A stretch of 64,000 nucleotides of DNA from a virus (taxonomy: Duplodnaviria > Caudoviricetes). A program made the position numbers and the translations under genes. Below, one piece after another: positions 8,781 to 19,724 of this stretch. The notes under the pieces were generated by a model. The model saw only the letters and a list, made by a program, of their open reading frames with translations. It did no database searches and was not told the origin of the DNA. The stretch is from positions 4,424-68,423 of the IMG/VR virus record IMGVR_UViG_3300037400_002919; one strand, 5' to 3'. Position 1 is the first letter of the stretch. Each line of letters opens with the position of its first letter.

Positions 8781-11700
8781 TTGGCTACACAGGAATTAAA
8801 AACAGAAATCGTGCTTAATGCTCAGAGTGCGATTAACAACATGAATGCGTTAAAAACGGCATTAGAATCTATCAATACAATGAATTTTAGTTCTCTTGCT
8901 AAAGCATTCGGAAGTTTGGAAAGTGCTGCTAAGACTTTTGCCGAGCAGAGCAAAAATATCTCTGCCGTGGAAAAAGAGCAAGCAAAAGAGCAGAATAAAT
9001 TATTAGCTGAGAAAAAGAAAATTCTTGGCGAAATAAGCAAACTTTATAGCGATAATAATGGAAACCTTGGCAAAGCAGAGACAGCGGAACTCAATAAGAT
9101 GCAGGAAAGTCTTGCTAAAGTAGTAAGAAAGATTGCTGACATGAAAGAAGCTATGGGCAACCTCGGTGGTGCTAAGAACGAATTTCAGACTGCATTTGCT
9201 TCTTTGGAAAACATCGGGATAAAGAACATAAAACAGCTTGACGATGAATACAAGTCTTTTATTAAAACCTTGGAAGTAACAAAGGAAAAAATGAGAGCCT
9301 TGCAGGAACAGGCTGTAAAGGACAGTAGAGTACAGGAAGCTCGTGCCTTGACTGGCAGGGATGATAAAACTAAACAGGCAGAGGAAGAAAAGCGTTTGAA
9401 AGATACCTTCAACGCTACAAAACGTAGGTTCGAGAACTTGCTTGCTGGCTTGCAGGACAAAGTTAAGGCTCACACTAATAAAGGCGATGGTCTTGTCTAT
9501 ACAGAAAAAGAACTTTCTGCTGACCGTAGAAATCTGGAAAAAATAGTAAGAGATTTTAACGATGCCATGAAAAATCTGGGAATGAGTGAGCGTTGGGGTA
9601 CTGGTGAATTAGTCCCTAACAGCAAGAAGAAGAAAAATCCTCTTTACAACAACCCAGATATTAATGGGCGAGGTTTCTTTCAGGGGGTTAATGTCAGCCC
9701 TAACGGAAATAATCAGTCTCAGCAGTCTAAAATTGACCGTCTTAAATCCAATTTAGAGGACATCCGTTATCAGGCACAGCAGAGGACGAGTGGAAGTCAG
9801 TTTTATCAGGGATTGTCTTATAGTGACAATAAGTTTGCTTCTACGATAGCAAAAGCAGAAAGATACCTGAAATTACTGGAAGCGATTGACAAGAAAACAG
9901 CAGACATAGAGCGTAAAGCCACTATGGATGCCTTAAATAACGCTGACCGAGTAAAAGGAACTGACGTTGCAGAGCAGAAATTAAAGCGGTTAAACGAAAT
10001 GATGGCGAACTTAAAAGCGGAAATGGATAGATTGAGCAAAGCTCCTATTCTCGACACGCAAGTAAACGCTCTGGAAAATAAGTTTAATCGTATTCGTGAC
10101 ATGATTATGAAGATAGATTCTACTGCAAATCATGTTTTCGACAGGAGCAAGTTTGATATTGAGTCTGCACAGCAGAGAAAACAGAGGTTAGCTGGTGACA
10201 AGGCAAACCAGAAGTCTCAGCTTTACGAAGATGGAACAAAGGCTGTTTACGAGCAGATTAAAAATCTCGAAAAATACAAGCAGAATATTGCTTTAGTTAC
10301 GGCTGAACTTAATAAGCTGAATCAGGCAGAATTAAAAATGAGTCAGCAAGCTAACTCTGGTACTCCTATGAAAGCTGCTGATTACCAGAAAATAGCCACT
10401 TCGATTTCTCAGGTTGTTACCAATATCCAGCGTTTGACAGGAATGCACGTAGGCGATGTTCTTGGGGCGATTAAGCCTGACAATTTGAAAATAGATAAGG
10501 GTCTTACAGAAGCAGAACGGAAAATGAAATCTTTTGAAGATGCTTATAACAAGCTGGTGAATCATCAGAAGAATACTCCTTTCGGAGAAATTTACAGTGA
10601 AAGCAACTATCAGAAAGACCTTAACAAGCTGAAACGCATTCTTTATGAATTAACCCAGTTGAAGCAGAATCCTATGAGCTTATCCGAAGCTAATGCTTGG
10701 GCTAATCTTATTAATAAGGAATTTGCTCGCAGCAATATGAACATTAAGGGGCAGAACAATGGTATTTCTAGTTATGAGAAAAACCTTCGTGAATTAAATC
10801 AGATTTGGAATCTTGTCAATAAAATCCATAATCTTGAAACAAAGTCTCTTAATCATAGTGGAGTTGGTGGTAAATTTTATTCTGCCGAACAGCTTGCCGC
10901 TGACAAAAACAATCTTGCTTTATACAAGGAAGCATTAGAGAGAATAATCTCTGGTCGAAACGAAAAAATTACCGACTATATGCCAAATGGGATAAACATG
11001 AATATGTTCGATAAGGTTAATGTTGGTAACGCTCCTGCTTCCATAAGCGGTCAGCTTAATAAGCAGATAGAACAGGCTAGGTTAAACGCAGAAAGACTGT
11101 ATGCCGAATTACAGAAAACAGGAAGTGTCGCAGACAAGGTTCGGTTTATGAACGGAGTTCGTGAACTTCATCAGTTACAGGCTGCTTCCTCTAAGCTGAA
11201 TGAAGAACTGAAAAGTACAGAGAGTATTTTTAGCAGGATAAAGACAAGCATTGGGCATAGCTCTCAGTGGATGATGCAGATGTATGTTGCGAATCAGTTG
11301 CTACAAATGCCATCTAGTTTAATTCATGGCTATACAGAACTCGAACAGGCTATGGCTGGTGTTAAACAGGTTATGCCAGCAATCGAGAACTCTACTCGTC
11401 TTATGAGTGAAAACATGGACGAGTATACAAAGAGGACTGAAAGAGCTAATCAGGAGACCCAGAATCTTATCCATATTGCCCATGAGTACGCAAGAGCAAC
11501 TGACGAGGTTGTAGAAGCGGCTACTCTGTGGGGTCGTGGTTATGGTAAGAAAGAAAACGCTGACGGATTTACTAAATCAGAAAGAGAATCCTTGTCTAAA
11601 GAACTTGCCGAATCCATGAAGGACAGTGGTCTTGACGACAGTCAGCAAGCGGCAGTTATCAGGGAAAAGATAGATGCCTTAGAGGACGAACAAAGGGCGT

Positions 11701-14700
11701 TAAATGCTGTCGCTACAACTAACGAACTTGTTAGACAGTCTGCTATGTTGGCGACTGTTGATAATTTCTCGATGGCTGAATCCGTAAAAGGACTTGAAGC
11801 AATCTTAGCTGCTTATGACATGAGAGCTAGAAGTGCAGCCGAAGCAACCGCTTTTGCTGGCAGAGCCGTTGATATTGTATCAAAGGTTGCTCATAACGGT
11901 CAGATTTCCGCTCAGGATTTAGTAAGAGGTATTGAAGCAACTGGTAAAGCAGCTCAACAGGCAGGAATTTCTCTTAGTTTCCTTAGTGCCATGATTGAGA
12001 CTGGTGCTAGAAATACTGGTAAAAGCGGTGCTGAGATTGGTAATGCTATTAAGGCATTGACTGTCGGCATTCATTCTACAAAAGGCGAGAAAGAATTAGC
12101 TAAATTTGGTATCGAGTTATCAAAGGTAGGAGAGGATGGACAGAAACATCTTCGGTCTGCTCAGAGTGTTATTCTTGATATAGCAGAAGCGTTGCAGAAG
12201 GGTGAAAAAAATGCTGAGAAAATGTTAATGGCTATCTCAGGCGGTCGTTATCAGTATTCAAAGGTTTCCGCTATCTTAAAAGATGAATCCGAGATGATTC
12301 GTATGTGGGGTTTGGCGGCATCTTCGGCTGGTTTCGCACAGGAACAGTTAGATATTCAGATGAATACCATTAACTCGAAGCTGAAACAGGTTAAGTCCTC
12401 TCTCGAATCGCTGATGCAGAGTGCCATTGGTGGAGGGTTAGGAGACGTAGCTAAAACCCTTCTTGTCAATGTGGATAAGTTAATTCAAGGAATAAGTTCT
12501 TTTGGTGGTGTTCTTGCAAAAGCACCTCAGATAGCAGGATTCTTAGCGTTATTAAAAATTATCCCTAAGATAACCAGCTCTATTAACTTAGCTACGACTG
12601 CCCTTCAAAACTACAAGGCTGCCGCACAAGCCGAGGGCAATACTAATGCAGGAGCTAGGTCTGCTTTATGGTCTGCTGCTAAACAGAAAACTACTGAGAA
12701 GTTCACAGGAACAAACCCTGCTGTTGCTAATACTCAGGCTACAAACGCCAATACTCAGGCTACTAATGCTAATACTGCATCTAAGAGTAAAAACACAGTC
12801 GCAGAGAATACTAACTCCGCATCGAAAAACAAAAATACTACTTCTACTCAGGCAAATACCGCAGCAGAAAGAACCTCTACTGTTAGTCATGTTGCTAACG
12901 CAGGAGCTATGAAAGCAGAAGCCGTGGCTGCTGAAACGGCAACTGCCGCCACCAGAGCATTAACCGTAGCTGAAACATTTTTAACTGCTGGCTTAAATAT
13001 TGCCATCGGAATGGTTGCTGTACTCGCTTATAACTTAATGACAGCCGAGGACGAAACGAAAGAAACCATTGAATCTCTTAAAGGTTTAAATCAAGTTACT
13101 GGCGAAAACGAAGAATCCGTAGCTGAACATATTGATAAGTTACAGCAGGAAATTGGAGCTTACAAAGAACAGCAAGACTGGATGGACAATGGTATTAAGA
13201 TGTATACCAGACTCCGACAAGAAATAAACGATACAACCTTGTCTGAGGAAAAGCGAGAAGAAAAAATTCGCCACCTTGACGATGTTTGTTCTGCTTGGAA
13301 CTCTATGATGGAAGAATATGCTAAGAATACAGGAGAATCATTCGACAAGATTAATTCTGCTATGGAAAATTCTGGCGAGGTCATGGAAGCCCAAAAAGAA
13401 AAGTATAAGAGAATCTACAAGGAAAAGAAAGAGCTGCTTGCAAAGGCAAAAAAACAGCAGACCGATTTCTACGAAAATCAGGTGAAATGGTTTACCTTGC
13501 AGAAAGGCTGGTACAAGACTAATCTTGAAAACTTTGATGTTTGGTCTAGTAAGCAGGGAGAAGGACTGAATTGGTTACAGTCTATATGGGCTAAGTTCTT
13601 TAGTTCTATCGCAAGCGGAATGCGTGGGGCAGCTAGAATTATGGCTGATTTAAAAACTCAGTTTATGCCAAAAGGGGACGGTAATTCAAGTCCGTTAAAC
13701 GCAATAGACAGGTTTTTAGACGAGTTTGTTTCCAATAGGTTTAATGATGCTGAATATGCTTTTAATAAAGCCGCTGATGCAGCTGTTTGGCTTGGAACTG
13801 AAACTCCTATTGCCCCTCTCTCTGAAATGGTAAGAAGTTCTGAAGCTGCTCTTAGAGACTATCAGCTTAAACTTGCCGAGTCTGAATGGAACGAAATCAA
13901 AGAAATGTTCGGTACTGACGATGATAACTCCGTTTATGACGATACCGATGATGGCAAAAAAGGAAAAGGTTCTGGTTCTAAATCTCACTCTGAGAAGAAA
14001 ATCAAGATAGACGAAGCTAGTTCTGAGGAATACAAGACTTATCATAATATGCTTTTAAATCGCAAGGAAATTAGCGATATGGGCTATGATTTCTACGATT
14101 TGATGGCATTTAAGGATGCTATCGCTTCCTTAGGTCTTGACAAGTCTAAATATAAGGGAGCATTCGGAATTACTGATGAAATTTACCAGAAGTACAATGC
14201 CGAGACTCCTATTGATGATTTCATGACTAATGGAGCTTTATTCTCCGAAGCGTTCTCTGATTTGTATGGAAAACAGCGGTCAGCGGTAGGGGCTATGATG
14301 GAGATGTGGGGCATATCTGAGGAAGATGCTATTGCTCTTACTAATAAAATTCAGGAAGCAGGAAAGGCTAACAAGGATGCCTACGAAATTTCTAATGCTT
14401 ATAAAGACCATATCTTTAGCGGAACTATTGTCGAATCGAAAGCAAATACGAAAGACACCCACCAGCTTGTAGAGGAAGCTGCTAAGAATCTTATCGGTCA
14501 GACTATGGACTTACATGGGGTCGGCTGTGTAGAAGCTGTTGAAAAAGTTGGTTCTTACTACTCCGAGTTCTTAAAGGATTCCTACGACAGAGGTATTAGG
14601 GGTGTACCTAGCCTTATTGATTACGCAAAAGAACAGGGAGTTCAGGTTATTGCTTATGACGAATCCCAGCTTGATTCAGGTGACGTAGTTGTTTGGCGTG

Positions 14701-17135
14701 ACCCTTCGCAGGAGAACGACCAAGACCATGTAGGCGTTTATACTCATACGGCTGACGATGGGACTCTTATGGGAGTAGACAATTCCTCTAGCAGAGACGA
14801 AGTAGTTGAAAGAGCCTTACATACTGGGGATAGGGTAGGACAGTATATCATCAAAACAGGTCTGGACTCTATCAGCAACAAGCTGTCATGGCACAGGGAC
14901 GGCAAAGAAAATCCTGAAAACCTCTCTCAGTACAGACTTACCTCTAGAGAAATCAGGGAGGGTTATGAGCGTGACGAAAGAAGCAGAATTGAAAAAAGAT
15001 TCTCTATCCGTGAAGCAGAAATCAAGAGAATGCAGAGCGATGGGGAAATAGCCAAGGCTAGTACCGAAAACTTATCTTTGTTAAGCAACAAATTATCCAG
15101 TGCTCAGAAAAATTATGCAGACCAGTTAAAAATAGCATCTGCTACTATGGCTGGTTTAACGAGATTCTCTAAAAAGAATACGAGCTTTAAGGAATGGTTA
15201 GACAGTCAGGGAGTCAAGGCAAAAGACCTCTCTATCGACCAGCTAAAAGAAGTGGCAAGACTCCTGAAGGCTCAGAAAGACGAAGGGGCAGAATCTTTTG
15301 AAAAAATCGTTAATAGCATGGAAAAACTCGGTCTTGATAAGAACGGAAATAGTGTTGCGGTTGACGAAGCAAAGAATAAAGTTGAAGAAGCTAAACATAA
15401 TCTTTTCTCAGCTTATGGAAGAAAGAGTCCTGATGCTCAATATGAGTTTGACAGGGCAAAAGCTGAACTTGATTACAAATTAGCGGAAGCAGAAATAAAA
15501 TCACAGAGAAGTTTCGGAAAAAATGAGTCTTTGAATGATGCTAAGAGGGTTATGTATCAGGAAAAGATTAATGCTGCTTTGAAGGAAGAACAGAGACTCC
15601 GTGGACAGTTAATGGAGTCCAAAAAGAACGACCTTTTAGTTCAGAAGGAACTTTTAGAAGAAATAGAGCGGATAAGAAAAGAGATAAAGGAAGTCGAAGA
15701 ATCCGACAAAAACGATGAAGAAAAAACGAAGGCTTTAGAGAAGTTAAACAAAGAACTTGAAGAAGCAAAAGAAAACCTTAATGCCCTTTCTATCAATGGT
15801 TCGGAAGCTACGCAGACGTTGACTAACAAATGGAAAGAACTTACTGTGACTATTAAAAATACGCAGAAAGAAATGTTGGAAAATGTCGGAAAAGTTTCTA
15901 AGGCTACGGCTGATGCAATTGGTGATGCTTTCGATGATTTGCTTCTCGAAGGAAAATCTTTACAGGATATTGTAAGAAATATCTTAAAGGATATTGCCAA
16001 GGTTGCTTTGCGTAATATTGTTTATAAGTCTTTCGGTCTTGTTCCTTCTGCTACTAATACATGGACAGATGCTATTATTGGCGGAATTGATAGAAGGCAG
16101 AGAAAAACCCCTGCTTCTCAGTTAATGAGTACGTTAAGTGCTAGTGGCTTTAATGTAAATGCAGGGTGGGGAGCTTTAGGCAACAACAATAAGCCGAACG
16201 AACTTAGTAGCAAGATAGACAATTTATCAAATGCTATTTCTATCTCTAGTGAGATGCAGCAAGCTACTAAAAACGCCACAGATGCTCTTACTATGTCTAC
16301 TCAGGCTAGTACCTTAGCTACCCAGACTGAGACGATAGCTACTGAGCAGAATACCATTCAGGGAACAATAAACACCACCACAAAAATCACCGCAGATGCT
16401 TCTAATACCGTTTCTGAGAATTTAAGTAGGAGCATGAATACTACTGCTACTAACATGAACTCTACCGCAGTAACTAACGCTGCTACTCAGGTTAGTATGG
16501 CTTCTGCAACCGCAGGAGCAGGGAAAGCAGGAAAAGGAGGATTTGGCGGTGGCATAATAGGAGCTATTTTCTCTATTGGCTCTACGTTCTTAGGGAGGGC
16601 TAATGGCGGTGCTATTCCTCGATTTGCTACTGGAGGTTATACAGACGGGCTAATTAAAGGAGCAGGGACAGGGACTTCCGATAGTATTCTCACTTATCTT
16701 GCGAACAGGGGTCAGTTTATAAAGACTTCTAATGGCGAATTTATCATGCAGAAAAAAGCTGTTGATAAGCTCGGTGTTAATTTCTTAAATATCCTCAATA
16801 GCAATCCAGAAGTCTTAGATGGTTTAAAAAAGTATGCCAACGGTGGTGCATTGGGGTATGAACTGACAACTAATATAAGCCCGAAGGCAGTAAATTCTTA
16901 CAAAAACTTTACTAGAATGAAAGGTGAAGATAAGAGTTCCTCTAACAAGAGATTAGAAGAATTAATGCAGCAGCAGACAAATGTTATTGCAAACAAGGAT
17001 AACGGTGGAGGAGCAGGCAAGCTGGTTGTCTTGAATACTCAGGCTGACAGTACCGCAGTATTGAAGGCTTTAAAGGACAACCCTCGTGCTGTCCAGAAGA
17101 TACTTGGTAATCAGCAGAAACATGGTTTTAGATAA
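8781..17135 (+). CDS. Tape measure protein (2784 aa) with internal NlpC/P60-like hydrolase domain
   Basis: Very long helical ORF after the chaperone; phage minor-tail-type region (VAHNGQISAQDL ... GARNTGKSGAEIGNAIK); GCVEAV...GDVVVW...DHVGVY segment; C-terminal FATGGY ... GTGTSDSI ... SNGEFI motif. Confidence 0.93.
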   Translation: MATQELKTEIVLNAQSAINNMNALKTALESINTMNFSSLAKAFGSLESAAKTFAEQSKNISAVEKEQAKEQNKLLAEKKKILGEISKLYSDNNGNLGKAETAELNKMQESLAKVVRKIADMKEAMGNLGGAKNEFQTAFASLENIGIKNIKQLDDEYKSFIKTLEVTKEKMRALQEQAVKDSRVQEARALTGRDDKTKQAEEEKRLKDTFNATKRRFENLLAGLQDKVKAHTNKGDGLVYTEKELSADRRNLEKIVRDFNDAMKNLGMSERWGTGELVPNSKKKKNPLYNNPDINGRGFFQGVNVSPNGNNQSQQSKIDRLKSNLEDIRYQAQQRTSGSQFYQGLSYSDNKFASTIAKAERYLKLLEAIDKKTADIERKATMDALNNADRVKGTDVAEQKLKRLNEMMANLKAEMDRLSKAPILDTQVNALENKFNRIRDMIMKIDSTANHVFDRSKFDIESAQQRKQRLAGDKANQKSQLYEDGTKAVYEQIKNLEKYKQNIALVTAELNKLNQAELKMSQQANSGTPMKAADYQKIATSISQVVTNIQRLTGMHVGDVLGAIKPDNLKIDKGLTEAERKMKSFEDAYNKLVNHQKNTPFGEIYSESNYQKDLNKLKRILYELTQLKQNPMSLSEANAWANLINKEFARSNMNIKGQNNGISSYEKNLRELNQIWNLVNKIHNLETKSLNHSGVGGKFYSAEQLAADKNNLALYKEALERIISGRNEKITDYMPNGINMNMFDKVNVGNAPASISGQLNKQIEQARLNAERLYAELQKTGSVADKVRFMNGVRELHQLQAASSKLNEELKSTESIFSRIKTSIGHSSQWMMQMYVANQLLQMPSSLIHGYTELEQAMAGVKQVMPAIENSTRLMSENMDEYTKRTERANQETQNLIHIAHEYARATDEVVEAATLWGRGYGKKENADGFTKSERESLSKELAESMKDSGLDDSQQAAVIREKIDALEDEQRALNAVATTNELVRQSAMLATVDNFSMAESVKGLEAILAAYDMRARSAAEATAFAGRAVDIVSKVAHNGQISAQDLVRGIEATGKAAQQAGISLSFLSAMIETGARNTGKSGAEIGNAIKALTVGIHSTKGEKELAKFGIELSKVGEDGQKHLRSAQSVILDIAEALQKGEKNAEKMLMAISGGRYQYSKVSAILKDESEMIRMWGLAASSAGFAQEQLDIQMNTINSKLKQVKSSLESLMQSAIGGGLGDVAKTLLVNVDKLIQGISSFGGVLAKAPQIAGFLALLKIIPKITSSINLATTALQNYKAAAQAEGNTNAGARSALWSAAKQKTTEKFTGTNPAVANTQATNANTQATNANTASKSKNTVAENTNSASKNKNTTSTQANTAAERTSTVSHVANAGAMKAEAVAAETATAATRALTVAETFLTAGLNIAIGMVAVLAYNLMTAEDETKETIESLKGLNQVTGENEESVAEHIDKLQQEIGAYKEQQDWMDNGIKMYTRLRQEINDTTLSEEKREEKIRHLDDVCSAWNSMMEEYAKNTGESFDKINSAMENSGEVMEAQKEKYKRIYKEKKELLAKAKKQQTDFYENQVKWFTLQKGWYKTNLENFDVWSSKQGEGLNWLQSIWAKFFSSIASGMRGAARIMADLKTQFMPKGDGNSSPLNAIDRFLDEFVSNRFNDAEYAFNKAADAAVWLGTETPIAPLSEMVRSSEAALRDYQLKLAESEWNEIKEMFGTDDDNSVYDDTDDGKKGKGSGSKSHSEKKIKIDEASSEEYKTYHNMLLNRKEISDMGYDFYDLMAFKDAIASLGLDKSKYKGAFGITDEIYQKYNAETPIDDFMTNGALFSEAFSDLYGKQRSAVGAMMEMWGISEEDAIALTNKIQEAGKANKDAYEISNAYKDHIFSGTIVESKANTKDTHQLVEEAAKNLIGQTMDLHGVGCVEAVEKVGSYYSEFLKDSYDRGIRGVPSLIDYAKEQGVQVIAYDESQLDSGDVVVWRDPSQENDQDHVGVYTHTADDGTLMGVDNSSSRDEVVERALHTGDRVGQYIIKTGLDSISNKLSWHRDGKENPENLSQYRLTSREIREGYERDERSRIEKRFSIREAEIKRMQSDGEIAKASTENLSLLSNKLSSAQKNYADQLKIASATMAGLTRFSKKNTSFKEWLDSQGVKAKDLSIDQLKEVARLLKAQKDEGAESFEKIVNSMEKLGLDKNGNSVAVDEAKNKVEEAKHNLFSAYGRKSPDAQYEFDRAKAELDYKLAEAEIKSQRSFGKNESLNDAKRVMYQEKINAALKEEQRLRGQLMESKKNDLLVQKELLEEIERIRKEIKEVEESDKNDEEKTKALEKLNKELEEAKENLNALSINGSEATQTLTNKWKELTVTIKNTQKEMLENVGKVSKATADAIGDAFDDLLLEGKSLQDIVRNILKDIAKVALRNIVYKSFGLVPSATNTWTDAIIGGIDRRQRKTPASQLMSTLSASGFNVNAGWGALGNNNKPNELSSKIDNLSNAISISSEMQQATKNATDALTMSTQASTLATQTETIATEQNTIQGTINTTTKITADASNTVSENLSRSMNTTATNMNSTAVTNAATQVSMASATAGAGKAGKGGFGGGIIGAIFSIGSTFLGRANGGAIPRFATGGYTDGLIKGAGTGTSDSILTYLANRGQFIKTSNGEFIMQKKAVDKLGVNFLNILNSNPEVLDGLKKYANGGALGYELTTNISPKAVNSYKNFTRMKGEDKSSSNKRLEELMQQQTNVIANKDNGGGAGKLVVLNTQADSTAVLKALKDNPRAVQKILGNQQKHGFR

Positions 17136-17549
17136 ATGGAAAAGCAGGATATAAATAAATTTATTGGGATTCCTCACCAGTTCGGTGGGGATTCCTATGA
17201 ATCCTGTGATTGTCTAGGTCTTTGCAGACTTTTTTACAGGGAGCATAATGTTGGTCTGGACTTCACAGATGGAAAGCCAATTACAAAAGATTGGAAGAAA
17301 GACGGGCATTTACGATTAAGAAGGTATTTTAAAAAATATTTTGTACGAGTCGAGAAAGATGAATTGCAATATGGGGATATTGTCCTTTTCGATTTGTATG
17401 GAGACACCCATTTTGGCGTTTATACTGATTACGGGAACGTATTGTCTATGTTTGTCCCAGTAGAGTACGGAGTTACCAAGTCGACTATTTATAAACGTCA
17501 CGTGTGGGAAAGAGCTTTTAGGAGGGGATACAGACCGTGGAAACATTAA
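17136..17549 (+). CDS. NlpC/P60-family tail tip assembly protein (gpK-like)
   Basis: GIPHQFGG ... CDCLGL ... GDIVLF ... HFGVY catalytic Cys/His pattern. Confidence 0.8.
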   Translation: MEKQDINKFIGIPHQFGGDSYESCDCLGLCRLFYREHNVGLDFTDGKPITKDWKKDGHLRLRRYFKKYFVRVEKDELQYGDIVLFDLYGDTHFGVYTDYGNVLSMFVPVEYGVTKSTIYKRHVWERAFRRGYRPWKH

Positions 17550-18259
17550 ATTTAGTACCTCGTGGAGAAGTTAGCGTAACTTATACTTGGGGTTCTACCT
17601 CTGTCGATTATCAGACTGGCAGCGTTCAGAAACATAGAAATCGCATTAAAGCAAAGAAGAATTTTACTTTTACGGTATCGGGGACAAAAGAGAAGATGAA
17701 CTATCTTTTAAGCACTTACGACAAGCACAAAGGTTTATACGATAGATTTATCTTTGAGTATGACGATGTAAAAGATATTTGCACCTTTTCTGAAAAGATA
17801 CAGGTTATCGAAAAGAGAGAATTAAAGAAAATTGTCGGCTTTGAATGTGAAATAAAAATAGCTGCTGATACTCAGTCAAGTTCTTATGAGTATGACGATG
17901 ATAATATTTTCCCTTTTACTCCGAGAGGGGAAGTTTCAGAGGAAGTAGAATGGAATACTAATGTACTTGACATGGGAGCTCCCGCAAGAATGACTACGTT
18001 CACTACTCCTAGAAGAAAATTCGTTTTCAAGGTTAGCGGTCTGAAGAAAGATAGGCAGAAATTAATTAATTTGTATAATGTCTATGGCGATTTTACGCCA
18101 ATAATCTTTAAGTATAGAGGGCAGGAATTTGAATGCTATTTTTCTGAGAGTTTAACTATTGTTGACAAAAGAGAAATTGACAAGATTGTGGGATTTGAAG
18201 CAGAAATTGAATTGACTACCTTTACCAATCCTAATGATGGTTCTTTAAAAAAAAAATAA
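17537..18259 (+). CDS. Distal tail / gpM-like protein, two tandem homologous domains
   Basis: Position after the tape measure; both halves begin PRGEVS and end KIVGFE.EI. Confidence 0.6.
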   Translation: METLNLVPRGEVSVTYTWGSTSVDYQTGSVQKHRNRIKAKKNFTFTVSGTKEKMNYLLSTYDKHKGLYDRFIFEYDDVKDICTFSEKIQVIEKRELKKIVGFECEIKIAADTQSSSYEYDDDNIFPFTPRGEVSEEVEWNTNVLDMGAPARMTTFTTPRRKFVFKVSGLKKDRQKLINLYNVYGDFTPIIFKYRGQEFECYFSESLTIVDKREIDKIVGFEAEIELTTFTNPNDGSLKKK

Positions 18260-18429
18260 GTCCGAAGTGGTTTTGGCTGGTTAGAGGTAGACAGAGAATA
18301 AGGGGAGTCAATGCTGAAACAATAAGAATCTATGCAGGAGACAAAGACGGGAACGGAGAGATAATATGGGAAGATTATAATTTTTCCCCTGATATTCTGA
18401 TAGATGATTTTGTACAGCAGAACAATCAG

Positions 18430-19722
18430 ATGGGAATTATTATGAGTAAAGACAACAATAATCTTATTACTCATATCCTTAGCAGAAACGATAAAAACAA
18501 CAAAACGCCTGTTTTAAAGCAATTAGGGATAGCAAATACATCTTGTCGAGTCGGAGTAAGTTCTACTACTGGCGTTTACGCTAATTCTCCCTTTAACGAA
18601 TTTGTAAAGTATGACTATGACGAATACGTTGGTTTTTTAGAACCTTTTGTTTTGGGGCATCACTGTATAACCTATGTGCCAGCGTGGGCTGGTCTTGCTA
18701 TCTCTGATAGGTCTTTTTTCGGCTCTCCTGCTTACCTTCCAGATACTCATGCTTTTGGGCAACTTAAAGATTTTAGAATAGCTAGATTCGAGTATATTAA
18801 CGAAGAAGGAGAACCTGATTTTTCAGAGAGAAGGACTTGGGCTTTTTTTAAAAGCTCAGACGGACATCCTATTATAACGAATTGGTTTCTTATGGAAATG
18901 TACTGGACTTCTAGCATTCCGAACGGTATTCTTTGCTTTTTGGCAACAGACGAATTTTATGTTAATGATTCTGATTATCCATTAAAATTAGAGGATTTGG
19001 TTCACCCTCCTTTTGAGTTTATAAATTACAGATGCGACACTAATATTGGTTTTATATCTGGAATCGAAAGTATATTTAGAGAAGGAACTGAGATATATAA
19101 GCTGCTAGGAAGCAAGCCTTTATACAGTTGGGATAATCCTTTGCCTACAAGAAACGGAAGCGGAAAAGTTAGGATTTATACGGATTCCTCTAAGCCAAAA
19201 CCTAACAAAGTGTATGTTTACGACAGCTCTGATGTTCCTCATGTTTTCTGGCATAGTCTTTACGATGAAAGTTGTTATCTCCCTCTCGATATTGTCCCTA
19301 TTGGCGATGGAAGATATTACGCATTGACGATAAGGAAGCATAAAGAACCAAACCCAAACATTCTGGCAAATAGTAGGTACACGAATCCAGAAGAATACCC
19401 TTGGCACGAGATTTCGCTTGAATTGATTGAAAGCAAAGATAAAATAATCAAGGTAGCTACTGTTGCTGTGCCTAAATTAGATGTAGTAGAGGAAATGACT
19501 GTTGATGGATTTTACTATCTGTACGTAAGCAAGACTATTGCTTATCATGAAGATGGTGAATATGCCACCCAGTATATTAAAGATATGATGCAGAGCATGA
19601 GAGACGGAACTATTGAGAATATTGTAAAGACTCTAAGTGGACTTACTAATGTTCACGAAGGGAAACCCCCTAGGTTCGGTTTTAGAGATGCGAAAGCTAT
19701 GGTTCTTTGCGAGGAGGAATAA
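18430..19722 (+). CDS. Unknown tail-tip protein; frame open from 18238, likely the C-terminal extension of the previous gene via -1 shift
   Basis: No SD before ATG 18430; the frame is open back through the A10 tract at 18247-18256. Confidence 0.6.
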   Translation: MGIIMSKDNNNLITHILSRNDKNNKTPVLKQLGIANTSCRVGVSSTTGVYANSPFNEFVKYDYDEYVGFLEPFVLGHHCITYVPAWAGLAISDRSFFGSPAYLPDTHAFGQLKDFRIARFEYINEEGEPDFSERRTWAFFKSSDGHPIITNWFLMEMYWTSSIPNGILCFLATDEFYVNDSDYPLKLEDLVHPPFEFINYRCDTNIGFISGIESIFREGTEIYKLLGSKPLYSWDNPLPTRNGSGKVRIYTDSSKPKPNKVYVYDSSDVPHVFWHSLYDESCYLPLDIVPIGDGRYYALTIRKHKEPNPNILANSRYTNPEEYPWHEISLELIESKDKIIKVATVAVPKLDVVEEMTVDGFYYLYVSKTIAYHEDGEYATQYIKDMMQSMRDGTIENIVKTLSGLTNVHEGKPPRFGFRDAKAMVLCEEE

Positions 19723-19724
19723 AA

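Noticed and set aside
8822-16000. Many antisense and alternate-frame ORFs in the track, inside the tape measure and other long genes
   Set aside because: No SD, no recognisable motifs; typical shadow ORFs.
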